A stretch of DNA of 64,000 bases, taken from NCBI GenBank assembly GCA_963790475.1, contig CAWBOS010000012.1, forward strand, positions 416,001 to 480,000, read 5' to 3'. Each line of letters starts with the position of its first letter. The first letter of the stretch is position 1. The notes beneath the pieces are model-generated. The model was not told the origin of the DNA, searched no databases, and saw only the letters and a list, made by a program, of their open reading frames with translations. The position numbers were made by a program, and so were the translations under genes. Positions 22,179-30,884 of the stretch are shown here, piece after piece. The DNA comes from an uncultured delta proteobacterium (GTDB lineage: Bacteria > Desulfobacterota > RBG-13-43-22).

Positions 22179-23723
22179 ATGGTAAAACCAACCCTGTCGG
22201 AAAATGGCCTTCTCTTGAATGTCGGTGTGGTGGCCAAGGGAGAGCAATGTGTAACCCTCATGAGGGATCTTGGTGCCATTAAGCTTTCACGGCTGAGGAT
22301 CAGGCTGGCGGCAATCGCTACCACCACAAAGTCCGCGTCCTGTTATAAATACGCCGGAGAATTGGGGATCAGGGTATTTGAAAATTATCTTGACCTCTTA
22401 TCTTTGGAATATCTGGATCTAATTCTTGAGCTTACCGGAAGTAATCAAATTCTTTCGGAAATCATAAAACGCAAACCCGCCGCTATCGGCATTCTGGATC
22501 AGAAGTCTTCCTCGTTGTTTTTTGATATCGCCCACCTTTATGATCATATGGGGCAAAAGGATACGGAGATTACCCTGGCAACCTCCTTTGCTTCAACTTT
22601 ACTGGAGGCTTCCCCGGACGGCGTTCTTGTCCTTGACCGGGATTACCGCATCATCAACAGCAATAATTCACCTCTGGTCACCGGAGGGCTGGATCGAAAT
22701 GCCATTCTCGGTAAATTCTGTCATGAGGTGATGAGTCTGGTGCGGACGCCCTGTTACAATATAGATGCCTGTTGCTCGGTCCAGGAAACAATTAAAACCG
22801 GAAAGCCCGCCCGCAGAGTTAATGATCTGGCCCTTTCCGATGGGAGCACTCGAATCTGCCAGATCACGGCCTATCCCATCTTCAATCGCTTCAATGAGAT
22901 GGTGCAGTTTGTCATTACCGTAAGGGATATGACCCAGGAACTCAGCGAAAGAATCCTGTTACAAACTGAGGTCATTAAGAAAGACCTGACCCGTGTGGTC
23001 AAAGAAGACCGGCTGTCCTCTCTGGGCAGGCTTGTGGCTTCGGTTTGCCATGAGATCAACAATCCCATAACCAGCATTGTTACGTTTACTAAACTGGTTT
23101 TATCTTATCTTAAGGATAAGGATTCAACCGCCAGGCCGCCGGACCTGGAACGTTACCTGGAATTGTCTTTTCGTGAAGCGCTTCGATGCGGCGGCATCGT
23201 AAAAAACCTGCTGACTTTCGCCCGCCAGGATAATGTCGAGGCCACCCATATCGACATCATAGAAATGATAAACACCATATCGCTGTTGACCAGCCATCAG
23301 CTTCAACTGGCCGACGTGGTCTTTAGCGTTGAACTGCCAACTCCACCGTTCACTGCCTGGGGGGATTACGGTCAGATTCAGCAATGCCTGCTAAACCTGA
23401 TTTTTAATGCCATCGATGCCATGCCCAAAGGCGGGAGCCTGGTTATCAAAGGGGAGGAAGACGAGACCAAAGATTTCATTCGCCTGGAAGTGACGGACAC
23501 CGGCCAGGGGATCGATCCGGAACATTTGCATCAAATTTTTGAACCTTTTTTTACCACCAAAACTGATGGGAAAGGGGTTGGATTGGGGCTGGCCATGGTG
23601 TACGGTATCATTCATGAACATCATGGGGTAATAGAAGTTGACAGCATCCCCGAAAGGGGAACGACCTTTCGCATCAAGCTTCCTAAAAGTCCGATTGAGG
23701 AAGAGAGAGGAGCAGCGGCATGA
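22179..23723 (+). CDS. PAS-domain sensor histidine kinase (NtrB-like)
   Basis: HEINNP H-box, NLIFNA.DA N-box, DTGQGI, FEPFFTTK, GVGLGL. Confidence 0.93.
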   Translation: MVKPTLSENGLLLNVGVVAKGEQCVTLMRDLGAIKLSRLRIRLAAIATTTKSASCYKYAGELGIRVFENYLDLLSLEYLDLILELTGSNQILSEIIKRKPAAIGILDQKSSSLFFDIAHLYDHMGQKDTEITLATSFASTLLEASPDGVLVLDRDYRIINSNNSPLVTGGLDRNAILGKFCHEVMSLVRTPCYNIDACCSVQETIKTGKPARRVNDLALSDGSTRICQITAYPIFNRFNEMVQFVITVRDMTQELSERILLQTEVIKKDLTRVVKEDRLSSLGRLVASVCHEINNPITSIVTFTKLVLSYLKDKDSTARPPDLERYLELSFREALRCGGIVKNLLTFARQDNVEATHIDIIEMINTISLLTSHQLQLADVVFSVELPTPPFTAWGDYGQIQQCLLNLIFNAIDAMPKGGSLVIKGEEDETKDFIRLEVTDTGQGIDPEHLHQIFEPFFTTKTDGKGVGLGLAMVYGIIHEHHGVIEVDSIPERGTTFRIKLPKSPIEEERGAAA

Positions 23724-25063
23724 AAGCATCCACTCATATAATGGTTGTAGACGATGAGGAGACAATCTGTGAAGCGCTCATGGCCTGGTTCATCAAAGAC
23801 GGATATAAGGTTGACACCGCCTTATCCGGTGCAGAGGCCTTGGTCCATCTTGAAGAGAAAGATTTTGATATTTTCCTGGTGGATGTCAAAATGCCGGGGA
23901 TGGACGGCATCGAACTCCTGTCCCGAATCAAAGAAAAACATCCGGAAGCGGTTGTTATTATGATGACGGCCTATGGCTCGATCCAGACGGCAGTGGAAGC
24001 CATGAAGCGGGGGGCAGGAGACTACTTATGCAAACCATTTGATCCCGATTCATTGTCTCTGCTCATGGAGCGGGTGATGATGCATAAAAAATTGAAAAAA
24101 GAAAACATCGTCTTAAAAGAAAGGCTGCTTGAACAACAGGAAGAAGCCCTGGATGTTTTTATCGTTCATTCCGAACCCATGCGGAAAATATTTTCTACAG
24201 TGGATGAAGTGGCCCAATCTTCCGCTCCCATCCTGATTACCGGAGAAACGGGGGTCGGAAAGGATCTGGTTGCCAGAGCGATCCATCTAAGGAGTCCGCG
24301 GTCTTTCGGACCTTTTGTGGCAATCAATTGCGGGGCATTATCCGAGTCTCTCCTGGAAAGCGAACTGTTCGGTCATGAAAAGGGAGCTTTTACCGGTGCC
24401 CTTAAAACTAGGCGGGGGTGTTTGGAGATGGCGGACAATGGGACTCTTTTTTTAGACGAGATCGGAGAAATTTCATCCAAAGTGCAGATCAGTTTGTTAC
24501 GGGTGTTGGAAGAGAAGCGCTTTTTAAGGCTGGGCGGAAGCAATTCCGTGTCTTCGGATTTCAGGTTGATCACCGCCACCCATCGGGATCTTCCTCCCTT
24601 GATCAAGGAGAATCAATTCAGAGAGGATTTTTACTACCGCATCAATGTTATCACGATCCATATCCCCCCGTTGCGAGAACGTAAGGAAGACATTCCTGTC
24701 CTTTCTGATCATTTTCTCAAACGATACGTGGAAGAAACGGGAAAACATCTGGAAGGTTTTAGCGCAGGGGCCCTTGAACATCTGACGGCCTACCCCTGGC
24801 CCGGAAATGTCAGGGAATTGAAAAACGTTATCGAACGAGCTGTGGTAATAGCCAGGGGTCGGATGATCGGTGTCGAGGAGCTTAAGTTCTTAGATCCCGG
24901 GAAGAAGACAGTCGTTCCGTCGTCCGTTACCCTTGAGGAACTGGAAAAGAATCATATCGAATCAATCCTGGAATCATGCGATGGGAATATCAGCCATGCG
25001 GCGAAAAAACTGGGAATCAACCGGAGTACCCTGTCTCGAAAAATGAAACGATACCTTAAATAA
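23720..25063 (+). CDS. Sigma-54-dependent response regulator (NtrC family)
   Basis: REC (VDDE, D.KMPGMDG), GETGVGKD, GAFTGA, WPGNVREL, Fis HTH; ATGA overlap with kinase. Confidence 0.95.
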   Translation: MKASTHIMVVDDEETICEALMAWFIKDGYKVDTALSGAEALVHLEEKDFDIFLVDVKMPGMDGIELLSRIKEKHPEAVVIMMTAYGSIQTAVEAMKRGAGDYLCKPFDPDSLSLLMERVMMHKKLKKENIVLKERLLEQQEEALDVFIVHSEPMRKIFSTVDEVAQSSAPILITGETGVGKDLVARAIHLRSPRSFGPFVAINCGALSESLLESELFGHEKGAFTGALKTRRGCLEMADNGTLFLDEIGEISSKVQISLLRVLEEKRFLRLGGSNSVSSDFRLITATHRDLPPLIKENQFREDFYYRINVITIHIPPLRERKEDIPVLSDHFLKRYVEETGKHLEGFSAGALEHLTAYPWPGNVRELKNVIERAVVIARGRMIGVEELKFLDPGKKTVVPSSVTLEELEKNHIESILESCDGNISHAAKKLGINRSTLSRKMKRYLK

Positions 25064-25110
25064 AATTGAACATTTTTCAAAAGTTCTCTCGGAAAGAGAC
25101 GTAAAAACAG

Positions 25111-25671
25111 TTGACTGCAGACCCACCGGTATCCGTTGAAGAAACCCATGTGGATCTTTTCCCCCTGGGCAGGATGGATATGACGGCCGTATCGGTAGTT
25201 GCGGCCAACTTGCAGGCGATCCTGGGGCTCAATACCCAGATTCACCAGGTTCAACCGGAACCTGACTATGCGTTCCTTCCCCGCAGGGGGCAATATGAGG
25301 CCGGAAAAATTATTAATGCCCTGGCGGCCCTTCCTGGTGGGCCCTGGCTCAGACTGGCAGTGGTTGGTGTTGATATTTACACGCCAATCCTGACCTTTGT
25401 TTTCGGAGAATCACAATTGGGCGGAAAAGCTGCCGTTATTTCTTTGTTTCGAGTCCATAGCAAAAACAGGGATAAGACCTACAACAGAATCGCAAAAATA
25501 GCTATTCATGAAATCGGGCACCTGTTGGGCATTGTCCACTGCCAGACGATGGATTGCCTGATGAGATTTTCCAACAGTCTGGAAAAGCTGGATGACCTGC
25601 CCCTGAGGTTCTGTCCGGCCTGTGAATACGAAGCCAGGAGACGTTTGAGACATCTGTTCGGCAAACTTTAA
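25111..25671 (+). CDS. Archaemetzincin-family Zn metalloprotease (M54)
   Basis: HEIGHLLGIVHC-x4-CLM-x-FSNS...LD...FCPAC, FVFGE; exact start uncertain. Confidence 0.85.
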   Translation: MTADPPVSVEETHVDLFPLGRMDMTAVSVVAANLQAILGLNTQIHQVQPEPDYAFLPRRGQYEAGKIINALAALPGGPWLRLAVVGVDIYTPILTFVFGESQLGGKAAVISLFRVHSKNRDKTYNRIAKIAIHEIGHLLGIVHCQTMDCLMRFSNSLEKLDDLPLRFCPACEYEARRRLRHLFGKL

Positions 25672-25683
25672 GGGTAAGGTCTA

Positions 25684-25721
25684 AGGTATAAGGTTTAAGG
25701 AAAACCTTAAACCTTATACCT
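25684..25721. terminator. Perfect 17-bp hairpin of heptamer units between convergent genes
   Basis: AGGTATAAGGTTTAAGG-AAAA-CCTTAAACCTTATACCT. Confidence 0.6.
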
Positions 25722-25770
25722 CCTACCAGTATTTTTGGACACTCGAACTCTTGCCCCCCCTTTTTTCATT

Positions 25771-26694
25771 CTATAGTGAGTGCAGAAATTCATTCACCAA
25801 CCGTTCCCAACCGATTTCAGGAACTTCGCTAAATATATCTTTAAGGGCCTCGCCGCCTGTGGCTGCCATTTTATACTGCATTTCCTCCCCGCGAACCTCA
25901 CCCATCAATGTTTGAAGACGGAAGAATTCGTCATCGATCCAGGAAAGACTTTCCTGGCCGAAGAAGAGATTTTTGAGGTTATTGCGAAGGGAAGAGGGTT
26001 GGATCACCATTAGCCATCCTTCTCCGTAAGGATCCTCGTTGGCAATGGTGGTTTTATTCAGCAGTTTTTGATTTACGGCAACGACTTTTCCATCCACGGG
26101 GCTGAGGACCGGAGCTTCTTTCCCATTGCGTTTTAACACGGCCTGAGGACGGTTTTGACCGACGCTGGATCCCAGACCCGGAATTTGAATTTCATTCTGG
26201 GGTCCCAGCAGTCGAAGGGCGAAGTCGTCGATGCCGATCCGAACCCGTCCCCCGTATTCCACCCTGGCCCAGGCGTGTCCGTAATGATAATAATGATCGC
26301 GGGCGACATTGAAACCGGAAGCGGCATCCACAACGGGCGGTTTAAGATTCGGCAGATAACTGGCATCTTCAATCATCTGATCAAAAGGACATTTTACACA
26401 GTTATATCCTTGCGAACATAACCCGTAAGATATGCGTCCGCTCAGCATATGTCGGCATTTGCCCTGGTTCATGAGAAGAAGCATTCTGGGGGGCCTGGGG
26501 TCTGTTTTCCCATCAACTTTTCTCTTCTCCTCGAATTTGGCCAGCACCTGATTATCCATAACGCATCCGAGACAGTCAAAAGCATTGATGCATTTGGTAG
26601 GCTTGATTACCCCGGCTCGTCCCCATACACATTGATTATTGACCATTGAAAAAACTACAGGCTGTCTGACCCCTTTTTGTTCATTCTTTTTCAT
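25771..26694 (-). CDS. GcvH-like protein with N-terminal tandem Cys4 motifs
   Basis: H.WARVE...VRIGIDDFA, SPVDGKVVAVN, N.DPYGEGWL; two CX12CX5CX2C motifs; AAAGGAG RBS. Confidence 0.85.
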   Translation of the reverse strand: MKKNEQKGVRQPVVFSMVNNQCVWGRAGVIKPTKCINAFDCLGCVMDNQVLAKFEEKRKVDGKTDPRPPRMLLLMNQGKCRHMLSGRISYGLCSQGYNCVKCPFDQMIEDASYLPNLKPPVVDAASGFNVARDHYYHYGHAWARVEYGGRVRIGIDDFALRLLGPQNEIQIPGLGSSVGQNRPQAVLKRNGKEAPVLSPVDGKVVAVNQKLLNKTTIANEDPYGEGWLMVIQPSSLRNNLKNLFFGQESLSWIDDEFFRLQTLMGEVRGEEMQYKMAATGGEALKDIFSEVPEIGWERLVNEFLHSL

Positions 26695-26759
26695 GGGACT
26701 CTCCTTTAAGCTGAATATAAAAAGATTTTCTTATTCGGAATTTTAAAATGCTTTCACTG

Positions 26760-26880
26760 GAGGTTCTTGCAAATCTCCCAAATTTCGTCACACCGGCGAA
26801 AGCCGGTGTCCAGAATGCATTGAAAAGACTGGATTCCGGCTTTCGCCGGAATGACATCACTGGACTTTTGCAAGAGGCTC
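26760..26880. mobile_element. 121-bp MITE with REP-like double-hairpin core
   Basis: Imperfect TIR GAGGTTCTTGCAAA / TTTGCAAGAGGCTC; ACTG on both flanks; core GTCACACCGGCGAAAGCCGGTGTCCAG..CTGGATTCCGGCTTTCGCCGGAATGAC. Confidence 0.75.
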
Positions 26881-26893
26881 ACTGATCATCCAT

Positions 26894-26910
26894 TGCAGGT
26901 TCTGGGCCAA
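26894..26910 (-). promoter_or_regulatory. Sigma-54 (-24/-12) promoter for GcvH-like gene
   Basis: TTGGCCCAGAACCTGCA: GG-N10-GC spacing. Confidence 0.65.
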
Positions 26911-27086
26911 TCATTGAAACAAAAGAGTTCCCATCATGTAACTGATTAAAGTCATAATGAATATTAAAACAGGGGCCAAATGGGATTAGGCGAGAAAAGG
27001 ACTTGACCGGAGACTGTTCTCTGCTTCATTTCACAGCAGATTTTTAAAGGAAAGTTGTTATTTAATAAATTTCAATGAGTTGTAAT

Positions 27087-27126
27087 GATGCCACATTCTG
27101 CATAGCGCGATGCATAATGCGGCATC
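27087..27126. promoter_or_regulatory. Palindromic candidate enhancer (UAS)
   Basis: GATGCCACATTCTGCAT-N6-ATGCATAATGCGGCATC, 15/17 inverted repeat; IHF-like TTTCAATGAGTTG at 27070-27082. Confidence 0.5.
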
Positions 27127-27218
27127 CGAAAGAGAAACCTAGTTTATGGGGCAACGGTAGTGATGAGGGGATTTAAATTCTTTTTCTGGGGAACCTTGGG
27201 GAAATCGGGTATGACTTA

Positions 27219-27560
27219 TTACTTTTTCTTTTTCTTGACCGGTAGCGATATGGCGAATTCAACGCCTTTCATAACCCATTTTCTCAGATCCTTATCGGAC
27301 TCAGTTCCTTTCTCACCAACGTAAAGAAAACCCTTCAACGGTTTCCCGGTAAAATCCATTTTTCGCACATAGGGTTGGTAAAGCATTTTTTCAGAGGAGT
27401 CCGGTTCCATACGGATCATCAGGTCATCGTTCACCAAGCCTAAGGCCATATTGCCGTTAACCAGGAAACAAAGCCCCCCGAACATTTTCTTTTCTGACAG
27501 ACCTTCAACTTTTTCGAGGATCTTTCGAACACGAATCGCAAGTTCATCGTCAAATGACAT
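27219..27560 (-). CDS. TfoX N-terminal domain protein
   Basis: EKKMFGGLCFLVNGNM, MDFTGKPLKGF, L.KWV; start trimmed to ATG 27560. Confidence 0.85.
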   Translation of the reverse strand: MSFDDELAIRVRKILEKVEGLSEKKMFGGLCFLVNGNMALGLVNDDLMIRMEPDSSEKMLYQPYVRKMDFTGKPLKGFLYVGEKGTESDKDLRKWVMKGVEFAISLPVKKKKK

Positions 27561-27566
27561 TTTTTC

Positions 27567-27637
27567 CCTCAAGGGTATGCTTCACCGGCATGTTCGATGT
27601 CCCCATATAGAACCTACGGTGGAAGCGATGGTTTGCC
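27567..27637 (-). mobile_element. Degenerate integron attC site
   Basis: R'' GGCAAAC-N5-L'' CTTCCACC...L' GGTGAAG-N6-R' CTTGAGG (GTT changed to CTT). Confidence 0.6.
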
Positions 27638-27647
27638 AGAATGTTCG

Positions 27648-28076
27648 TTACTTCAACGGGTTTCTCCACTTGATCCCAGGAAAGCGAGAGAAGTCGGTAT
27701 CGGTGGAAATTAGTTCACAACCGTGTTCACTTGCCAGAGCGGCCAGATGCGCATCGGTCACAAGGTTGGCAATGGCTTGGCCCTCAACCAACATTTTTTG
27801 AAAGATGATCCAGTGCCGGTCGGTAGGATGAATGATGCGCGTGCAGGGTTGATCCAACCAGCTCTGCACACGAGAGAGCGCCTGGTCGAGAGACAGGGGG
27901 TGCTCAAAGACACGCGGATTCGTGCCGATGCGGATGAACGCCCCAAGGACGGTCCAGCAAAGACATACCGGCGAGGCACCAGACAACTGGGCATCCCACC
28001 ATTCGCGGGCCTCCATATGGTGAGGACTCTGCCGGTCTTCGGCATACAAAAGGATATTGGCATCCACGAGGATCAC
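27648..28076 (-). CDS. vapC: VapC PIN-domain toxin
   Basis: ILVDANILLYA, NLVTDAHLAALA.EHG, STDTDFSRF. Confidence 0.9.
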   Translation of the reverse strand: MILVDANILLYAEDRQSPHHMEAREWWDAQLSGASPVCLCWTVLGAFIRIGTNPRVFEHPLSLDQALSRVQSWLDQPCTRIIHPTDRHWIIFQKMLVEGQAIANLVTDAHLAALASEHGCELISTDTDFSRFPGIKWRNPLK

Positions 28077-28321
28077 CGGTGATCTTCCCCTTCGATCTGA
28101 GATAGGAGCGCCTGGATGTTGTCCAGATTCCTCCCGGCTTTCAATCCCATCTTGTGGGGGCGGGTGTGATAGGGTCGGGTTTGCGGAGAGGTTTCTTCAA
28201 CGATCTGCAATCCGGTACGCAGCGCCTCATTAACCACACGCCGAAAGGGCGCACGGAGTTTTGCCGCAACGGCTTTCGCTTTGTCCAGAACATCGTCGTC
28301 TATGGTAAGTGTTGTTCTCAT
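28073..28321 (-). CDS. vapB: VapB antitoxin (RHH)
   Basis: MRTTLTIDDDV..., VVNEALR; 4-nt overlap with vapC. Confidence 0.85.
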   Translation of the reverse strand: MRTTLTIDDDVLDKAKAVAAKLRAPFRRVVNEALRTGLQIVEETSPQTRPYHTRPHKMGLKAGRNLDNIQALLSQIEGEDHR

Positions 28322-28327
28322 AATATC

Positions 28328-28355
28328 ATCATAGCATCATGCGTCGTGATGTCAA
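28328..28355 (-). promoter_or_regulatory. Sigma-70 promoter of vapBC, probably leaderless
   Basis: TTGACA-N16-TATGAT with TGn extension, ATG 6 nt downstream; TGATGC repeats. Confidence 0.65.
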
Positions 28356-28372
28356 GGCATCATTTTTTGTTG

Positions 28373-28438
28373 GGCGAACGGTGAACCTGACCAGCAGGCG
28401 CAGTTTTTAGCCCGTCTGCGTACAGGCACTGGTTATGT
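28373..28438 (-). mobile_element. Integron attC site
   Basis: R'' ACATAAC-N5-L'' CCTGTAC...L' GTCAGG-N6-R' GTTCGCC, one unpaired base, 17 nt after upstream stop. Confidence 0.7.
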
Positions 28439-28455
28439 ATTAATGTTTCAACTAT

Positions 28456-29088
28456 TCAATATGTCTCTCTTAACTCGTTAAAAACAAGACTATTTTCAAG
28501 AGAAGAGTTTTTCGCTATGATCTCCCAAGGAGGAAGGAGCTTATCTTCTGTTCCTTTAGTTAGGTTTCTTTGGAACCAGTACCCATTTTCGAAAGAAAGC
28601 TGTATCTTTTTTCCACCGACTGGACGCTCTGAATAATGCCCCAGTCGCTCAATACCCCTACCAGAAATTTTTATTGCTGGATATAAACCACCAACAGTCA
28701 TTTCTCCTTGTTTTTCAAGATATCTTCGAATAACGCCACGCAGTTCCAATGCTTCGTAAAATGAATTTCCACAATCAAAGGCAAATATGGAGTCGTAGTA
28801 CATATCTATAACTTCTCTCGCTTTTTCACCAGACCCGATTACAACGTAGTTCAGCGGTTTAAAAGGAACCATTTTAGAAGAAGGAGATTGGAGAACGTAC
28901 AATATCCCTGTTGAAGTACCAGACAACGAGATTTTCTCATATTGGTCCGGTATTTTTAGTAGTTCTATTATGAAATAGGGGATATCACTACACAAAAGAG
29001 GTTCTTCCTGATTTTCAGAAGTTCCTATTGGCCAAGAAACTGGTATCTTAAAAGAAGCCCCTTTTTTAAAATTTTTTATGGTTGACAA
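28456..29088 (-). CDS. Hypothetical AT-rich cassette ORF, probably 5'-truncated
   Basis: 210-aa ORF ending before attC; nominal TTG start overlaps the rplU -35 box; YVVIGSG and TVGG motifs. Confidence 0.5.
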   Translation of the reverse strand: MSTIKNFKKGASFKIPVSWPIGTSENQEEPLLCSDIPYFIIELLKIPDQYEKISLSGTSTGILYVLQSPSSKMVPFKPLNYVVIGSGEKAREVIDMYYDSIFAFDCGNSFYEALELRGVIRRYLEKQGEMTVGGLYPAIKISGRGIERLGHYSERPVGGKKIQLSFENGYWFQRNLTKGTEDKLLPPWEIIAKNSSLENSLVFNELRETY

Positions 29089-29110
29089 AAATTGTATTTG
29101 AAGTTATTAT
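29082..29110 (+). promoter_or_regulatory. Sigma-70 promoter of rplU operon
   Basis: TTGACA-N17-TATTAT. Confidence 0.7.
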
Positions 29111-29142
29111 TTCCATTTAAAAATTTTTACGAGGGAATAGCC

Positions 29143-29457
29143 ATGTATGCCATTATTCAAACCGGGGGAAAACAGTACCAGGTTGCCCCTGGAGATGTGA
29201 TTCGGATCGAAACCTTAGAGGGCGAAAAAGGGACAACGGTATCCATACCCAAGGTCCTGTTTGTCGCCCGGGACCAGGAAATTATGGTCGGTAAACCTTA
29301 TTTGGAAGGGGTTTCGGTGGTAGGGGAAATCCTGCACCAGGGTCGAGATCGTAAGATTTTGATTTTTAAACATAAGAGAAGAAAAGGGTACAAGAAAATG
29401 GTCGGGCATCGGCAGCCCTATACCCAGTTTAAAATAAACGAAATCCAAGGGATTTAG
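29143..29457 (+). CDS. rplU: 50S ribosomal protein L21
   Basis: [19 protein letters not shown]. Confidence 0.97.
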   Translation: MYAIIQTGGKQYQVAPGDVIRIETLEGEKGTTVSIPKVLFVARDQEIMVGKPYLEGVSVVGEILHQGRDRKILIFKHKRRKGYKKMVGHRQPYTQFKINEIQGI

Positions 29458-29467
29458 AGGGGTTTTT

Positions 29468-29716
29468 ATGGCACATAAAAAAGCAGGCGGCAGTTCCAGA
29501 AACGGCCGGGACAGCGAAGGACAACGGTTTGGAATCAAGCGATATGGCGGCCAGAAGGTCAAGGCCGGGAATATCCTGGTCCGGCAGGTGGGAACCAAAT
29601 TTCATCCTGGTGAAAATGTAGGGTTGGGAAAGGATTTTACGATCTTTGCCAAAATAGATGGGGTGGTAACCTTCGAGCGCTGGGGAAAAGACCGAAAAAG
29701 GATCAGCGTCTATTGA
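29468..29716 (+). CDS. rpmA: 50S ribosomal protein L27
   Basis: [16 protein letters not shown]. Confidence 0.98.
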   Translation: MAHKKAGGSSRNGRDSEGQRFGIKRYGGQKVKAGNILVRQVGTKFHPGENVGLGKDFTIFAKIDGVVTFERWGKDRKRISVY

Positions 29717-29827
29717 TGATTTCATCCTCCCTTGCAGCTTAGACCATAACCCCATTTTGTTTCTAACCTTTCCAATCTACCCGGTTGCCAGACCTTAGTG
29801 GGTAGGGAATAAGCTCGCCAGATATCT

Positions 29828-30856
29828 TTGAAATTCTTTGATGAGGCCAAGATTTTTGTTCGATCCGGAGATGGGGGCAATGGATGCCTCAGCTTCCGAC
29901 GGGAGAAGTTCATACCCCGGGGAGGGCCGGATGGCGGAGACGGGGGCAAGGGCGGCGATGTCCTGATTACCGCCTCCTCCCAGAGCCAGACCCTCCAGGA
30001 TTATCACTTTCACCAGCATTTCAAGGCCCCCAAAGGGGCCCACGGTCAGGGGAATGATCGACATGGCCGAAATGGACGGGACATCCGGCTCATCGTTCCC
30101 TTGGGGACCCTGGTTCGGGAAGCGGAAACCAAGCAGATCCTGGCGGATTTAACCCAAGAAGGGCAGACCCTGGTCGTCGCCCAGGGAGGGAGAGGGGGCA
30201 AGGGGAATAAACACTTTGCCACGGCCACCCATCGGACCCCGAGATTCGCCCAAAAAGGAGAGCCGGGGACTGAGGCCTGGTTGTTATTGGAGTTAAAAGT
30301 ATTGGCCCACATTGGCTTGGTGGGCCTGCCCAATGCCGGGAAATCAACCCTCCTTTCCCAGCTTTCAGCAGCCAAACCCAAAATTTCCGACTACCCCTTT
30401 ACTACACTGACCCCCAATTTGGGGATTCTCGAAGACGATCATGGCCAGCGTTTGACCATTGCCGATATTCCGGGAATTATCGCCGGTGCCAGCGCCGGGG
30501 CCGGTCTGGGACTCAAATTTCTCAAACACATTGAACGCACTCAGGTCCTTTTGTTTTTGATTGACGGCTCCTTAACCGGGGAAGAACCTTTTCTTTCCTA
30601 TCAGACTCTGAATAAAGAATTGGAGGCCTATAATCCAGACCTCTTGAGTAAATCCCGACTGGTGGTAGTCAATAAAATGGACTTGCCCGGTGCGAAGGCC
30701 CATTTGGCCAATATCCAAAAAGCCTTTAAAAAACTCCGCCTGGAGGTCATCCCGATATCGGCAAAAACCGGCGAAGGTATCCCCGCCCTTATTGAACGTC
30801 TGTTTACTATACATGCTAACCGGACTTTGGCGGGCACCTCGAAGAAGGAAAGTTAA
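29828..30856 (+). CDS. obgE: GTPase ObgE
   Basis: SFRREKF.P.GGPDGGDGG, GLPNAGKST, YPFTT, DIPG, NKMD. Confidence 0.97.
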   Translation: MKFFDEAKIFVRSGDGGNGCLSFRREKFIPRGGPDGGDGGKGGDVLITASSQSQTLQDYHFHQHFKAPKGAHGQGNDRHGRNGRDIRLIVPLGTLVREAETKQILADLTQEGQTLVVAQGGRGGKGNKHFATATHRTPRFAQKGEPGTEAWLLLELKVLAHIGLVGLPNAGKSTLLSQLSAAKPKISDYPFTTLTPNLGILEDDHGQRLTIADIPGIIAGASAGAGLGLKFLKHIERTQVLLFLIDGSLTGEEPFLSYQTLNKELEAYNPDLLSKSRLVVVNKMDLPGAKAHLANIQKAFKKLRLEVIPISAKTGEGIPALIERLFTIHANRTLAGTSKKES

Positions 30857-30884
30857 ACAAGGGATTCAATGCAAGGTAATAGCA

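Noticed and set aside
27130-27218. Third attC after tfoX
   Set aside because: No complementary L boxes recognisable
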